Positions 25,387 to 25,419 of a stretch of 25,419 nucleotides of DNA are shown here, piece after piece. The stretch's first letter is position 1, and every line of letters begins with the position of its first letter. A model generated the notes under the pieces. It worked only from the letters and a program-made list of their open reading frames with translations. It did not search any database and was not told the DNA's origin. The stretch spans positions 1 to 25,419 of the forward strand of contig CBINHQ010000001.1 of the NCBI GenBank assembly GCA_966250475.1, read 5' to 3'. This DNA is from an uncultured Chitinophagaceae bacterium. Lineage in GTDB: Bacteria > Bacteroidota > Bacteroidia > Chitinophagales > Chitinophagaceae. Position numbers and translations under genes: made by a program.

Positions 25387-25419
25387 TATCTAATTATCTA
25401 ATTAACTAATTAGCTAATT
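25383..25419. repeat. TAATTRRY octamer array, truncated by the window end
   Basis: TCATTATC TAATTATC TAATTAAC TAATTAGC TAATT. 25399-25419 is identical to 7729-7749 (21/21). Confidence 0.9.

Noticed and set aside
1-25419. Mobile element, prophage, defence system, rRNA or tRNA
   Set aside because: No integrase, transposase, phage, nuclease-defence or structural-RNA signatures; gene order is core Bacteroidota and I see no obvious compositional island.

Overview
Core-genome window from a Bacteroidota bacterium, most likely Chitinophagaceae. This is inferred from the gene order (mutY-ssb-gldE-gldD, HU-TPR-bS22-rne/rng, holB-ricT) and from TAnnTTTG -7 promoter boxes. It holds about 23 housekeeping CDSs. 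Two are absent from the ORF track: a 3'-truncated PSP1/RicT gene at 1-983 and a 31-aa ribosomal protein bS22 at 9524-9619. I see no rRNA, tRNA, CRISPR array, transposase, prophage or defence island. The unexplained signal is non-coding. (i) Three copies of a TAATTRRY octamer array, two complete ones forming 30-bp AGCT-centred palindromes and a third cut by the window end. (ii) A 7-bp-period array with an internal palindrome. (iii) A 28-bp cassette, 24/28 identical, that supplies the stop codon and the same QTSN(P/S) tail to two unrelated genes. (iv) A promoter-plus-terminator unit of about 55 nt that looks like a small RNA and is partly complementary to that cassette. An orphan TPR receptor with three TM helices and no output domain is the most unusual protein. 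All functional interpretations of these elements are inference and need genome-wide and transcript data.
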